Virus record (IMG/VR): IMGVR_UViG_3300037501_000111
Span: 192,001-256,000 of that record
Direction: 5' to 3' (one strand)
Origin: a virus
Lineage: Duplodnaviria; Caudoviricetes
Length of the DNA: 64,000 bases
The stretch's first letter is position 1. Each line of letters begins with the position of its first letter. The translations under genes were made by a program, and so were the position numbers. The notes under the pieces are model-generated. The model saw only the letters and a program-made list of their open reading frames with translations, did no database searches and was not told the DNA's origin. This document shows positions 9,864 to 20,339 of the stretch, piece by piece.

Positions 9864-10439
9864 ATGCAGGATACTTTTATCTTAAGCTCTAAAGAAAAGT
9901 TGGAAAGGGCTAAAGAAGAAAAACGAAAATATGATCAGGTATATCGTGCTAAAAATAAATTGAAGCTATCAGAACAGTGGAAAAGTTATGATCAACGAAA
10001 CAAAGTAGAAGTTAGGGCGCGTAAAAGAAAGTACGTTAAACAGCGTAGAGCTACTGATCCTATTTTTAGATTACGACATAATGTGTCAAAATCTATTAGG
10101 GCCATGATGAAATTAAATAAAAATGATAATTCATGTAAGCAATATTTACCATTTTCTATGGATGAATTAAAAATTCATCTTGAAAATCAATTTGAGCCTT
10201 GGATGAATTGGAATAACCATGGAAAGTATAATTCCAAAACTTGGAATGATAATGACCCATCTACTTGGACTTGGCAGCTTGATCATATTGTTCCTCAAAG
10301 CGATTTGCCTTATGTATCAATGAAAGATGAAAATTTTAAGAAATGCTGGTCTTTAGATAATCTACGACCATTAAACGCTAAACAAAATTTAATAGATGGC
10401 GTAACGAAAGCAAGGCACAATTTTGGCGGGGGAAAATGA
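9864..10439 (+). CDS. free-standing HNH homing endonuclease
   Basis: WQLDHIVP...NLRPLNAKQN; paralogue of 6225..7022; overlaps the nrdJ start. Confidence 0.8.
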   Translation: MQDTFILSSKEKLERAKEEKRKYDQVYRAKNKLKLSEQWKSYDQRNKVEVRARKRKYVKQRRATDPIFRLRHNVSKSIRAMMKLNKNDNSCKQYLPFSMDELKIHLENQFEPWMNWNNHGKYNSKTWNDNDPSTWTWQLDHIVPQSDLPYVSMKDENFKKCWSLDNLRPLNAKQNLIDGVTKARHNFGGGK

Positions 10440-12943
10440 CTAATTCTTATACTTATTCTCAGGTTTTGGAAGCGTCAAAAGAATACTTTGAAGGTGACGA
10501 GTTTGCTGCTAAAGTATTTGTAGACAAGTATGCTTTACAAAACTTGAAAGGTGAATTTTTGGAGCTTACTCCAACTAATATGCATCGTCGATTGGCCAAG
10601 GAATTCGCACGCATTGAGGCGAAGTATCCTAATCCTCTTGACGAGGAGACCATTTTTCAACTTATTGATCATTTCAGATTTATAGTGCCCCAAGGTAGCC
10701 CTATGTCTGCAATTGGCAATCAATTTCAATTGCAAAGCCTTTCTAATTGCTTCGTCATTCAAGGCGTGCATTCAGATAAGCTAGATTCATATGGTGGTAT
10801 TATGTTGGCCGATCAAGAACTAGCTCAAATAATGAAACGTCGTGGAGGATGTGGATTAGATATTTCTGGTATACGACCTAAAGATGCGATTACTAATAAT
10901 GCCGCCAGAACTACTGACGGCATTGCTGTCTTTATGGAAAGATTTAGTAACACATGTCGTGAAGTGGCGCAGAATGGCCGACGTGGCGCAGAGATGCAAA
11001 CTATTTCTGTAAATCATCCTGAGATTGAAACATTCATCAATATTAAACGTGATCTCAAAAAGGTTACTGGGGCTAACATTTCTATTAAACTTAATGATGA
11101 GTTTATGACTGCCGTCAAAAACAATGAAGATTATATTCTTCGTTGGCCAGTTGATAAATCTGTTGAAGAGGCTAGAGTTACTAAGCGAGTGCGTGCAAAA
11201 TCTATTTGGGATCAAATTATTGAATCTGCTTGGGCATCTGCCGAGCCCGGATTGTTATTTTGGGATACAGTAAAAAAGCACACTCCATCTGATATCTATT
11301 CTATTTTTGGATTTGATTCTATTTCTACTAATCCGTGTGGAGAGATTATTCTTTGTGCCTATGATGCTTGTCGTCTATTAGTACAAAATCTTACCGGTTA
11401 TGTCAAAAATCCATTTACTTCTAAAGCCTCTTTTGATTTCAAAAAGTTCCATGAGCATGCTATTATTGCTCAACGATTGATGGATGATATTATTGATCTT
11501 GAGCTAGAGTGCATTGATAGAATTCTTGCCAAGATTGAATCTGATCCAGAGCCTTTAGAAGCTAAACAAGTTGAAATTAATCTATGGCACAAGATCCGTG
11601 ATATGAATACTAAAGGTCGCAGAACTGGTTTGGGTATTACTGCTTTAGGCGATGCTCTTGCTATGCTTGGTATCAAGTATGGCTCTAAAGAGTCTATTTC
11701 TATGACTAAGAAGATCTATCGCGCTTTAGCAGTTGGCTCACATACTTCTTCAGTTATTATGGCAAAAGAGCGAGGCGCGTTCCCAATTTTCGATTATCAA
11801 TTAGAGAAGAATCACGAATATCTTAATAGTATTTTTGGTGATTGCTCAGAAGAAATTAGACGGATGTGGAAGAAGACTGGTCGTCGAAACATTGCAAATA
11901 CTACTACAGCTCCTGCGGGATCGGTTTCTGCACTAACGCAAACTACCTCAGGTATTGAGCCGGTATTTTTGCTCTCGTATGTTCGCCGTAAAAAACATAA
12001 TCCATCTGATAAGAATGCTCGTATTGACTTTACGGACGCAATGGGTGATAATTGGCAGGAGTTTACTGTTTATCATCATGGTGTCAAAAAGTGGATGGAC
12101 ATTACTGGCGAAACTGATTTGCAGAAATCTCCTTATTGGGGAGCTACATCGGCCGAAATTGATTGGGTAGCATCTGTAGATATTCAAGCAGTAGCACAAC
12201 AATCTATTGATCACAGTATCAGCAAGACTTGTAATCTGCCTGAAGATGCCACCAAAGAACTTGTATCTGAAGTATACATGAGAGCTTGGGAATCTGGGTG
12301 TAAGGGATTTACTGTCTATCGCGACAAATGTCGTGATGGAGTATTGATTAGTAAATCTACTACGCCTAAGACTCAAGATGGCCGCCCTATTGGAATTGAA
12401 ACACATATGGCACCAAAACGTCCCTTAGAACTAATCTGTGATATCAGGAAGGCTAAGGTACAGGGTGAACAATGGACTATCTTTGTAGGCCTATTAAATG
12501 GTAAACCCTATGAAGTATTTGGCGGACTATCTAAGTATGTAGATATTCCTAATAAGTATAAGGTGGGTAAAATCGTCAAGAATGGTAAAGTGGAAGATAT
12601 TACTACTTACAATTTAATTGTAGGTGAAGGTGAAGACCAAATGCTAATCAAAGATATTGCGAATGTATTTGAAAATGCTAACTTTGGCGCTTTCACTCGT
12701 ACCATATCATTAGCTTTACGTCATGGTACTCCTGTTCAATACGTTGTAGAACAATTACAAAAAGATAAACATTCGGATGTGACATCTTTCTCTAAAGTAG
12801 CAGCAAGAGTTCTAAAGAATTATATTGCTGATGGTACTAAATCTACTGCGGAAAAGAAATGTCCTAAATGTCAGATGGAAAATAACTTTGCCTACCAGGA
12901 AAAATGCCTCACTTGTATGGAGTGCGGATGGAGCAAATGCTAA
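10436..12943 (+). CDS. nrdJ: class II (adenosylcobalamin-dependent) ribonucleotide reductase with C-terminal TSCPD/zinc-ribbon region
   Basis: LSNCF, GRRGA, TNPCGEI, RRTGLG, TTAPAGS, SGIEP, SISKTCNLP, CKGFTVYRD; no beta-subunit gene adjacent. Confidence 0.9.
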   Translation: MTNSYTYSQVLEASKEYFEGDEFAAKVFVDKYALQNLKGEFLELTPTNMHRRLAKEFARIEAKYPNPLDEETIFQLIDHFRFIVPQGSPMSAIGNQFQLQSLSNCFVIQGVHSDKLDSYGGIMLADQELAQIMKRRGGCGLDISGIRPKDAITNNAARTTDGIAVFMERFSNTCREVAQNGRRGAEMQTISVNHPEIETFINIKRDLKKVTGANISIKLNDEFMTAVKNNEDYILRWPVDKSVEEARVTKRVRAKSIWDQIIESAWASAEPGLLFWDTVKKHTPSDIYSIFGFDSISTNPCGEIILCAYDACRLLVQNLTGYVKNPFTSKASFDFKKFHEHAIIAQRLMDDIIDLELECIDRILAKIESDPEPLEAKQVEINLWHKIRDMNTKGRRTGLGITALGDALAMLGIKYGSKESISMTKKIYRALAVGSHTSSVIMAKERGAFPIFDYQLEKNHEYLNSIFGDCSEEIRRMWKKTGRRNIANTTTAPAGSVSALTQTTSGIEPVFLLSYVRRKKHNPSDKNARIDFTDAMGDNWQEFTVYHHGVKKWMDITGETDLQKSPYWGATSAEIDWVASVDIQAVAQQSIDHSISKTCNLPEDATKELVSEVYMRAWESGCKGFTVYRDKCRDGVLISKSTTPKTQDGRPIGIETHMAPKRPLELICDIRKAKVQGEQWTIFVGLLNGKPYEVFGGLSKYVDIPNKYKVGKIVKNGKVEDITTYNLIVGEGEDQMLIKDIANVFENANFGAFTRTISLALRHGTPVQYVVEQLQKDKHSDVTSFSKVAARVLKNYIADGTKSTAEKKCPKCQMENNFAYQEKCLTCMECGWSKC

Positions 12944-12970
12944 TATCAATTAACTAGCATTGTCATTAGA

Positions 12971-13369
12971 ATGCAAGGCACAATTCTTCTCAATTATAAC
13001 GAGAATACCAAACAAGTCGAAGAAGAAGAAAAGGCTAGATTTCTCAAGCTAATTCTAGAACAATGCTTCGAAAATACTGATGTTGCAACCCAAATTCAAA
13101 CAATTTGGAATTCAGACGGACCATTACCAGCGTCCCAAAGAGTAAAATTGAGAGGTATCCTCGCTACTTACGGCATTCAGGTTATAGATGACTTTGATGG
13201 CCATATGCAAGTTTATTTAGAAAATGAATTAATAGCTGAATGGTTCAAATGCACCTATAAGTTAAAGAGAGACTTGCGTGCTATAGACCCGCGTAAGCGG
13301 TTCTACCTTGAAATGGAAGTTAATTGTTGGTCAGTTTTTGACAACAAAGAGGAATCAGAGACAGAATGA
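12971..13369 (+). CDS. hypothetical protein
   Basis: 132-aa ORF coupled to phoH. Confidence 0.65.
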   Translation: MQGTILLNYNENTKQVEEEEKARFLKLILEQCFENTDVATQIQTIWNSDGPLPASQRVKLRGILATYGIQVIDDFDGHMQVYLENELIAEWFKCTYKLKRDLRAIDPRKRFYLEMEVNCWSVFDNKEESETE

Positions 13370-14679
13370 GAAAAACCTACGTACTTGATACTAGTACCTT
13401 AATTTATGATCCTGTTGCATATAGATCTTTTACCCGTAGCGATGTAATCATTCCGATCGCTGTACTCAATGAGCTTGATAAGCTAAAGAAAGGCGCTAAC
13501 GAAGCTAGCAAAAATGCGCGAGTAGCTATTAGACTATTGGATGAAATTGCCGATAAAGGCGACATCAGCATGGGTATTCTATTAGATGATGATATTATGC
13601 TCACTATTGATGCTACTTATCGAGATATATCTAATCCTGTCTATTTGGGGTTTGGCGATCCAACTTATGGGGACACTCATATCTTAGCTTGCCTTTACTC
13701 TACATGGTTAAGTCATCCATCTCATGACGTGATTTTGGTAAGTAATGATATCAACTTGCGAGTTAAATCCAAATCTCGCGGTATCGATGCAGAGTCTCAT
13801 GAGGGAACAAAATACTCTCTAAGTGATCTGTATGCTGGATTTCAAACTATTGTAAATGAAGATGCCGGCCTAGCTTTACAACAAGATGGTAAAATTGATC
13901 CGCGAGCATTTAATATACAACTCAACCCAAATGAGTGCGTATTATTTCTAGCAGATAATGGCGATGGCATTGCTATGGGCCGTAAAGTTGCAAGAGACTG
14001 TGTCAAACTGGTTCGTAAAATTTTCCCATGGAATATTTCTAGTCGCAATAAAGAACAGCAGTTTGCCATGGATTTAATCATGGATAGAAATATTGATCTA
14101 GTTACTTTAATTGGTAGGGCTGGTACTGGTAAAAGTTTAGTTGTTTTAGCTACTGCTCTAGAATTAGTTTTAGGTAGAAAAGAATATGACAAATTCATTA
14201 TTTATCGCCCAATTCAACCAGTAGGTAATGATATTGGTTATTTACCCGGTACTATGGAAGAGAAATTGGCTCCATGGTTTGGCGCTATAATGGATAATTT
14301 TGAATTTTTATTTACACCAAAGAATGGTGGTGGGGACTGGAAACGTGAATTAGAAATGTACCAGAAAAAGGGTAAAATTGAAATGGAAGCTATTACCTAT
14401 ATTCGTGGTAGAAGCATTCCAAATGCTATTATTCTAGTTGATGAATGTCAAAATTTGAGTAAAGATGATGTAAAAACAATACTTACTCGCGCTGGTGAAA
14501 ACACTAAAATTATTTTGACTGGTGATATAGAGCAGATTGACAATTCGCTACTAGATGCTACCAGTAACGGATTGACTCATGTTATCGAAAAGTTCAAAGA
14601 CTCTGAGTTGGCTGGACATATTACCTTCACTCAGGGGGAGCGTAGCAAGTTGGCCTCTAAAGCCGCTGAAATTTTGTAA
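13366..14679 (+). CDS. phoH: PIN-PhoH (PhoH2/YlaK-like) ATPase
   Basis: N-terminal PIN YVLDTS..VLNELD..SNDINLR; GRAGTGKS, GYLPG, YIRGRS, LVDECQN, LTGDIEQID. Confidence 0.92.
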   Translation: MRKTYVLDTSTLIYDPVAYRSFTRSDVIIPIAVLNELDKLKKGANEASKNARVAIRLLDEIADKGDISMGILLDDDIMLTIDATYRDISNPVYLGFGDPTYGDTHILACLYSTWLSHPSHDVILVSNDINLRVKSKSRGIDAESHEGTKYSLSDLYAGFQTIVNEDAGLALQQDGKIDPRAFNIQLNPNECVLFLADNGDGIAMGRKVARDCVKLVRKIFPWNISSRNKEQQFAMDLIMDRNIDLVTLIGRAGTGKSLVVLATALELVLGRKEYDKFIIYRPIQPVGNDIGYLPGTMEEKLAPWFGAIMDNFEFLFTPKNGGGDWKRELEMYQKKGKIEMEAITYIRGRSIPNAIILVDECQNLSKDDVKTILTRAGENTKIILTGDIEQIDNSLLDATSNGLTHVIEKFKDSELAGHITFTQGERSKLASKAAEIL

Positions 14680-14688
14680 GGAGTTTTC

Positions 14689-15063
14689 ATGTCTAAGAAG
14701 AAGAATCAACCAGGTGCTGAAGTGGTATTAACTCCAGATGAGACCTCGGCTGAACCTACTGTGAATGCTAATGGTGTTCCACTCGGCTCTGTAGTACCTA
14801 CACCACTTCCTGGCACACCTACTAGGTTAACTGATATTGATCGTATGGCTCTTGAATTAGCACGTCAACAGAGACTAACTGCTTTAGCTGATGCTAAAAC
14901 TGCTATTGCTCAAAACGAAAAAGCAGAATTAGCTTATAAGTATGTTGTACTTCAGCTTTACATGAAGTATGGGCTAACTGATGCAGACGCAATTAGTGAG
15001 ACCGGTGACATTGTAAAGAACGGGGCTTTAATGGCCGCCAACCAACCAGTAAAGAATCAGTAA
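14689..15063 (+). CDS. hypothetical protein
   Basis: AAGGAG RBS, 124 aa. Confidence 0.65.
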   Translation: MSKKKNQPGAEVVLTPDETSAEPTVNANGVPLGSVVPTPLPGTPTRLTDIDRMALELARQQRLTALADAKTAIAQNEKAELAYKYVVLQLYMKYGLTDADAISETGDIVKNGALMAANQPVKNQ

Positions 15064-15350
15064 TGGAACTCGAAGAACTTATTGCCCTGATCAAGATTAG
15101 AGAGTACGTTATCAATTCTATTGCCCTTCCTACCATTGATAGGAAAACGGTAAATGAATTGAATGGTATTCTTTTATTATTAGACAAAAAGATTATCGGA
15201 CTCTTGACAGGCGAAGACTTCAAGGATTACATTGGCTATAAAGATGTGCAGCGAGCTAAAGAAGCTGCGGCACGTATTACTAACATCTATTCGGGCATTG
15301 ATAATAAAAACACTGCCCTTCATAAACTGATTAAAAAAAACCAAGAGTAA
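15063..15350 (+). CDS. hypothetical protein
   Basis: TAATG overlap, 95 aa. Confidence 0.6.
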   Translation: MELEELIALIKIREYVINSIALPTIDRKTVNELNGILLLLDKKIIGLLTGEDFKDYIGYKDVQRAKEAAARITNIYSGIDNKNTALHKLIKKNQE

Positions 15351-15362
15351 TAGGTACACAAT

Positions 15363-16166
15363 ATGAGAATGAACGCTCCTAAAGAGCTGTTCAGTGATAA
15401 CAGTCTGGTTCGTCTTAAAGACAAGAACTGGTTGGAGAAACAAAGGGTCGCCGGTAGAATTGCTGCCGAGACCCTTTTGCTTTTGGATGGTTTTGTGAAG
15501 AACAAAAATTTCCATTCCATGACTGTTCTCAATGAAGTAGCTGAGAATTATATTGTCAAGAATGGTGGCATCCCCACTTTTAAAGGATACAAAGGCTTTC
15601 CCGCAGGTGTTTGTATATCTGTCAATAAAGAATTAGTCCATGGTATTCCTAAGAATATTGTACTAGATGACGGCGATATTGTTAGTTTCGATTTGGGTGT
15701 AACCTATCAAGGAGCTATTGCTGATACTGCAATCACTTGTATTTTTGGTGAGCCTAAACTTGAAAGACATGCTGCTCTTGTTAGAGCAACTGAAGCATGT
15801 TTAATGAAAGGTATTGAGGCCATTCAAGTAGGTAAACGATTAGGGGTTATTGGTCAAGCTATTTCTCAACATGCCAAAGTTTCTGGATTTGGCTTGATTA
15901 ATAATTATGGTGGTCATGGATTAGATTGGAATACTCCACACGCTCCGCCCTTCGTAGAAAACAAATCAGATTCTGGGCGCGGAATCCGAATTCAACCAGG
16001 ATTAGCCATTGCTATAGAGCCGATGCTTGTGCTCGGCTCAACTACCACCACTACATTGAATGATGGTTGGACTGTAGTGACTCCCGATCTAGGAGCACAT
16101 TTTGAGCATTCAGTATTTGTACATGAGGATCATGTGGAGATCATTACTGATAGGAGTAAGCTGTAA
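15363..16166 (+). CDS. map: type I methionine aminopeptidase
   Basis: CISVN..LVHGIP, FDLGV....IADTAIT, GHGL..H..P, AIEPM, AHFEHSV metal-ligand motifs. Confidence 0.92.
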   Translation: MRMNAPKELFSDNSLVRLKDKNWLEKQRVAGRIAAETLLLLDGFVKNKNFHSMTVLNEVAENYIVKNGGIPTFKGYKGFPAGVCISVNKELVHGIPKNIVLDDGDIVSFDLGVTYQGAIADTAITCIFGEPKLERHAALVRATEACLMKGIEAIQVGKRLGVIGQAISQHAKVSGFGLINNYGGHGLDWNTPHAPPFVENKSDSGRGIRIQPGLAIAIEPMLVLGSTTTTTLNDGWTVVTPDLGAHFEHSVFVHEDHVEIITDRSKL

Positions 16167-16198
16167 ATGTATACTATGGTGTGCCTAAAGGATATGCA

Positions 16199-16369
16199 AT
16201 GAAAATTACCTTTGATGATAAAAGTTTTATCGAATGCAAAAAATCTGACAATCCTGGTAAAGTAATTATTTCCATCTCGGCCAAAGATCATACCGATCCT
16301 CTCAAAAAAATTACAAATGCTGTCGAAATAACTATTGAAGAATTCAAGAAACTGATTTCTGAAATATGA
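16199..16369 (+). CDS. small hypothetical protein
   Basis: AAGGA RBS before ATG 16199. Confidence 0.55.
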   Translation: MKITFDDKSFIECKKSDNPGKVIISISAKDHTDPLKKITNAVEITIEEFKKLISEI

Positions 16370-16376
16370 GGTGTTT

Positions 16377-16928
16377 ATGAGAGTCTATTTTGTAGGAAGC
16401 CATTCAACTGGGAAAACAACTTGTGCCCGATACGTATCTGAGAAATACAATTTACCAATGATTACTGAAGTGGCCAGAGCCGTCTTATCTGAGAAAGAGC
16501 TTCATCTAGATAGTTTGCGCTATAATATGGATCTGGTAGATGAGTACCAGGAAGCTATCTTTTTCCGACAATTATCTGAGGAGCAAAAACATCATGATTT
16601 CGTCTCGGATAGAAGTTTTGATTGTTTAGCTTATACCGCCCAACATACCCGTATTCTACCTAAATTGTTACTTAGCGAACAAACTGGCCCCTATATTCAA
16701 AGGTTAAAGACACCAGATTCATTTATATTCTTTGTTCGACCTTGCCGTGCTACCCTAAAGGCTGACGGGGTACGAGAAAGTTTAACATGGGATGAGGTGG
16801 TCGCAATCGATGCTATGGTTAAAATGTATTTAGAGATGTGGCAAATTAGGTATTTTCAAATTAATATGGATAATATGCAGGAAAGAGTCCGTCTAATTGA
16901 CGCGGTATTGAGCACTCATAAAGGTTAA
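16377..16928 (+). CDS. AAA_28/NadR-type P-loop NTPase (possible nucleotide kinase)
   Basis: VYFVGSHSTGKTT, EVAR, FVSDRS..DCLAY; GAGGTG RBS. Confidence 0.75.
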   Translation: MRVYFVGSHSTGKTTCARYVSEKYNLPMITEVARAVLSEKELHLDSLRYNMDLVDEYQEAIFFRQLSEEQKHHDFVSDRSFDCLAYTAQHTRILPKLLLSEQTGPYIQRLKTPDSFIFFVRPCRATLKADGVRESLTWDEVVAIDAMVKMYLEMWQIRYFQINMDNMQERVRLIDAVLSTHKG

Positions 16929-16978
16929 GATATACTAAAATTTTGGTATTCTCTTGAGTAATTGTTTCAAGGGTATAC

Positions 16979-18655
16979 ATGAGTGGAATACTAACGCCAG
17001 GATATTTGAGATGGGATGGAACTAAGTACGTCCTAGACCAGGATGTGGAAATTGTGGGCCCAGCAGGCTCCCAAGGACCATCAGGCCCTACAGGTCCAGC
17101 CGGACCTCCGGGCCCTAATGGTACGGCTAGTGGCGATTTATTAGGCACTTATCCAGGCCCTATTTCTGTTGTTGGTTTGACTGGTATTTCTGGAGTTGTA
17201 AGTTTTGGATCTGGTATTACCAGCCCAACTATTACTCAGGTAACAACAGGTGGCACTACAGGAGAAAACTTAACTTATAGAGCCCAGAATGCGACTACAT
17301 TCGGTGGTAACGTTGTATTACAAAGTGGCACTGGTACTACTGCTGGTTTAGTTCAATTTTTAGTTGGTGCATCCTTAGCGGGCTATTTTGATGCCAATAG
17401 AATACTTAGACTTGGCCCAAGTGCAACCTCCACTTTTACTGGACCTAATGGTGTAGGTCCAGTTGCTGGTACTGATTATTTTTTTGGTGGTAATGCTGCT
17501 GGTAGCATATGGCAAGAGTTTTTCTCTGGAGCTAATGCTCATAGGGCGGCGGTTGGTGTTTATAACACTGGTGTTGGCGCTGCTAGCACTAATGGTATTA
17601 GTATTCAAGCACCAGGCACTACTTTTTCTGTAGCAAACTATGCCGGTCAAGCAGTAATTGAACAGTCTGGACCAACTACAGCCGCACTTGTTTTTGGTAA
17701 AGTCCAAGGTGATGGTACTAACCGTGCAGTTAGTGGTCGTATTTTTCAATCCGGTGTATGGACTATTGGTGATTTGGGAACTAGCTCTTCTTCTTTCTCC
17801 CAAGCTGGTTTAACTGGGCCATTTCTAAGTTTTGCACATGTTTCTGGAGCCTTAACAACTACCGGAGGACAAGCTACAATTTTTAAGACATTTGCTGGCG
17901 GTCCAGACGAAGGAACTTTATGGTTACAGGGTAATACCGGTATAAACTTACTTGCAGCCACTACAAATGTAGCCAGCGTAAGTACTACTAAATTTATTAC
18001 TAACATAGGTAGAAGGGTAAAAGTACTTACTACTACTGCAACTACAGTTAACGTAACTGCTAGTGATGAAATTATTAGTATTGGAACATTAGCTGCTCCA
18101 TGTACTGTTAACTTGCCAGCCACTCCAACAGTTGGTGATACTTATACCATCAAAGATGCAAATGGTAGTGCTGGAACTTTCAATATTACAGTTTCAGGAA
18201 ACGGCGTTAATATTGATGGTGGCTTTGCTAGCATTACAATAATGACTAATTTTACACAAGCAACATTTGTGTATAATGGTACAACATGGATTTCTTCACT
18301 AACTAACAATGTGTCTCCAAATGCAGGTTATACTTCAGTAGTAAATGTGCCGGGCGGAGGAAGCACCACTGTAACTGGATTTGATCAATTGGTACTGTGT
18401 GATACTTTGGGAGGTACAACTACTGTTACCGCCCCCGCCACACCACAAGTTAATATGAGATTTACTGTTAAGGATGCAAATAATAATGCTGCAACTAATA
18501 ATATAACAGTACAGGGTAATGGTAGAACCTTAGAAAGCCCAACTTCTCCGGGCACTTATGCCTCGCCGACTATTTTAAATACCAATAATAGATCGGCAAC
18601 ATGGGCTTACGATCCTACCAGAAATAGATATACTTTAATATCAACAGTTCCATAA
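16979..18655 (+). CDS. virion fibre-like protein with collagen-like stretch and two C-terminal gp9/gp10-like repeats
   Basis: Gly-X-Y run; two copies of T..LP..P..G..(Y/F)T(I/V)KDA...A...NITV.GNG; shares motifs with 46231..50898. Confidence 0.7.
   Translation: MSGILTPGYLRWDGTKYVLDQDVEIVGPAGSQGPSGPTGPAGPPGPNGTASGDLLGTYPGPISVVGLTGISGVVSFGSGITSPTITQVTTGGTTGENLTYRAQNATTFGGNVVLQSGTGTTAGLVQFLVGASLAGYFDANRILRLGPSATSTFTGPNGVGPVAGTDYFFGGNAAGSIWQEFFSGANAHRAAVGVYNTGVGAASTNGISIQAPGTTFSVANYAGQAVIEQSGPTTAALVFGKVQGDGTNRAVSGRIFQSGVWTIGDLGTSSSSFSQAGLTGPFLSFAHVSGALTTTGGQATIFKTFAGGPDEGTLWLQGNTGINLLAATTNVASVSTTKFITNIGRRVKVLTTTATTVNVTASDEIISIGTLAAPCTVNLPATPTVGDTYTIKDANGSAGTFNITVSGNGVNIDGGFASITIMTNFTQATFVYNGTTWISSLTNNVSPNAGYTSVVNVPGGGSTTVTGFDQLVLCDTLGGTTTVTAPATPQVNMRFTVKDANNNAATNNITVQGNGRTLESPTSPGTYASPTILNTNNRSATWAYDPTRNRYTLISTVP
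17057..17122 (+). repeat. collagen-like Gly-X-Y repeat (7 triplets)
   Basis: GPAGSQGPSGPTGPAGPPGPNG. Confidence 0.85.
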
Positions 18656-18665
18656 CAGGAGTACC

Positions 18666-19073
18666 ATGAGTTCCGTAGATAAAATTTTCAAACTAGCAGA
18701 TCGTTTTGCTCGTAAAATTTCTTTGGCTGAAAAACTAGCCATGCCCGCTCAGCCCGGAGATATTGCAGACGCTTTAGTTGCAGCAGGTTTGTTGGGAAAA
18801 CCTGATGATTTATTTCCAATAGCTGATCAATTAGATCTAGATGCTAGTGTTAATGTTGCAACTAGCATTAATATAGACCAAAATATGAATGTTACATTCA
18901 GTGTGGTTACTAGCCCAGCTCTACCCGCTAAAGCTACCCAATTTGCTGCTATCTTGAAACAAAAATATGGTGAACCTTTCAAAAAAGCTTGCCAAACATG
19001 GTGGGAAAAAAACAAAATAATTCCTGCTAAAGCAACCACCACTTGGCATAGTTTTGGTCCCAAAAAAGGATAA
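18666..19073 (+). CDS. hypothetical protein with N-terminal DKIFKLADRF motif
   Basis: AGGAG RBS, 135 aa. Confidence 0.65.
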   Translation: MSSVDKIFKLADRFARKISLAEKLAMPAQPGDIADALVAAGLLGKPDDLFPIADQLDLDASVNVATSINIDQNMNVTFSVVTSPALPAKATQFAAILKQKYGEPFKKACQTWWEKNKIIPAKATTTWHSFGPKKG

Positions 19074-19095
19074 GCTTTTGATATAACTACTAGGC

Positions 19096-20304
19096 ATGAA
19101 AGATTTTGATGTCGGTATTATTGGTGCTGGTGTAGCTGGAGCTTTTGCAACGTTAAAACTTGCGAAGGACCATAAGAACGTTAAAGCTATTCTATTTGAT
19201 TTGGGTCGCCCTCCTATGAAGCGTAGGAGGCAACTGGAAGGTTGGCTCGGCTGTTTTCCAAATAGTGATGGTAAATTATATCAAACTGATGTAGGGAAGG
19301 TCGCGCAGTTAACTGGCCTTCGTAGGGCCAAATCTGCTCATACTTGGTTTAGACATATTTTAGAAGAAATTGATGATTTTAAGGTGACTAAAGATCGTCC
19401 ATTATCTGTGGCTATGGATAAGAAAATAAAGAAATTGGGGTATGAAGTTACTCTCAATGATTATGTTCAAGTATATCCAAAAGAGATTCATGCCCTGTCT
19501 AAATATATGGCAGAAGTAATTGAAAAGGACAAAAACATTACTTTCAATTTTGATAGTGAAGTTATTAGGATTGTCAAACAAAAGAATGTTTTTGTTATTT
19601 CTACTGAAGATCAAGAATATCGTTGTAAGAAAATTATTGTGGCAGTAGGTCGTAGCGGTTGGCGCTGGGCTAGAGAACTTTACAAGAGCTTTGGTATTAT
19701 AGATAGTAATGACATTGCTCGTTTTGGTATTCGTGTGGAAGCTAGCTCTAGTGTTATGAAAGACTTTAATAAATCTAACTGTACACTGACCAAGCCAGAA
19801 TTAGAAGTGGGACCATTGTCATGGTTTGGAACTGTTATTCCAGAAGATCATTTAGATTTGGCAATTTCAGCATTTCGCTCTAATGAAAATAGATGGAAAA
19901 CAGATAAGGTTTCTTTTAATCTTATTGGCAATAGACCATTCCCTGGTTCTGGGTTTGAAGAAACTGACAGAATGGGTAAGTTAGCATTTGTATTAGCAAA
20001 TGATAGAATTGTTAAGGAAAGAATCTCGGCTATTTTAAATGAGAAAAGTAGAATATCTGTCATTCAAGAATATAATTGGCTTAAGCTAGCTATTGAAGAA
20101 CTGTCAATTATTATACCAGAAATTACTACTAAAGCGTACTTTCATGTTCCCACTATCATCCCTTCTGCTCCATCAATAAACATTGGAGATAATTTGGAAA
20201 CTGAAGTGGATAGAATGTTTGTAGCTGGCGAAAGTGCGGGTATTCATGGTATATTAGCTGCTGGGATTATGGGCATTATTGCGGCGGACGCAGTATGTAA
20301 ATGA
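19096..20304 (+). CDS. FAD/NAD(P)-dependent oxidoreductase (COG2509-like)
   Basis: DVGIIGAGVAG Rossmann motif, SDGKL, VAVGRSG, C-terminal FVAGESAG..GILAA. Confidence 0.8.
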   Translation: MKDFDVGIIGAGVAGAFATLKLAKDHKNVKAILFDLGRPPMKRRRQLEGWLGCFPNSDGKLYQTDVGKVAQLTGLRRAKSAHTWFRHILEEIDDFKVTKDRPLSVAMDKKIKKLGYEVTLNDYVQVYPKEIHALSKYMAEVIEKDKNITFNFDSEVIRIVKQKNVFVISTEDQEYRCKKIIVAVGRSGWRWARELYKSFGIIDSNDIARFGIRVEASSSVMKDFNKSNCTLTKPELEVGPLSWFGTVIPEDHLDLAISAFRSNENRWKTDKVSFNLIGNRPFPGSGFEETDRMGKLAFVLANDRIVKERISAILNEKSRISVIQEYNWLKLAIEELSIIIPEITTKAYFHVPTIIPSAPSINIGDNLETEVDRMFVAGESAGIHGILAAGIMGIIAADAVCK

Positions 20305-20339
20305 CCCTTAATTCTTGAAACTATAAATAAGAAAATCAA

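Noticed and set aside
4773-12943. Inteins or introns in dnaB and nrdJ
   Set aside because: Both ORFs are continuous, of normal length and show no splicing motifs; the HNH genes lie between genes, not inside them.
13366-14679. Toxin-antitoxin system from the PIN domain
   Set aside because: The PIN domain is fused to PhoH in the common PhoH2/YlaK architecture, and no antitoxin-like gene is evident.
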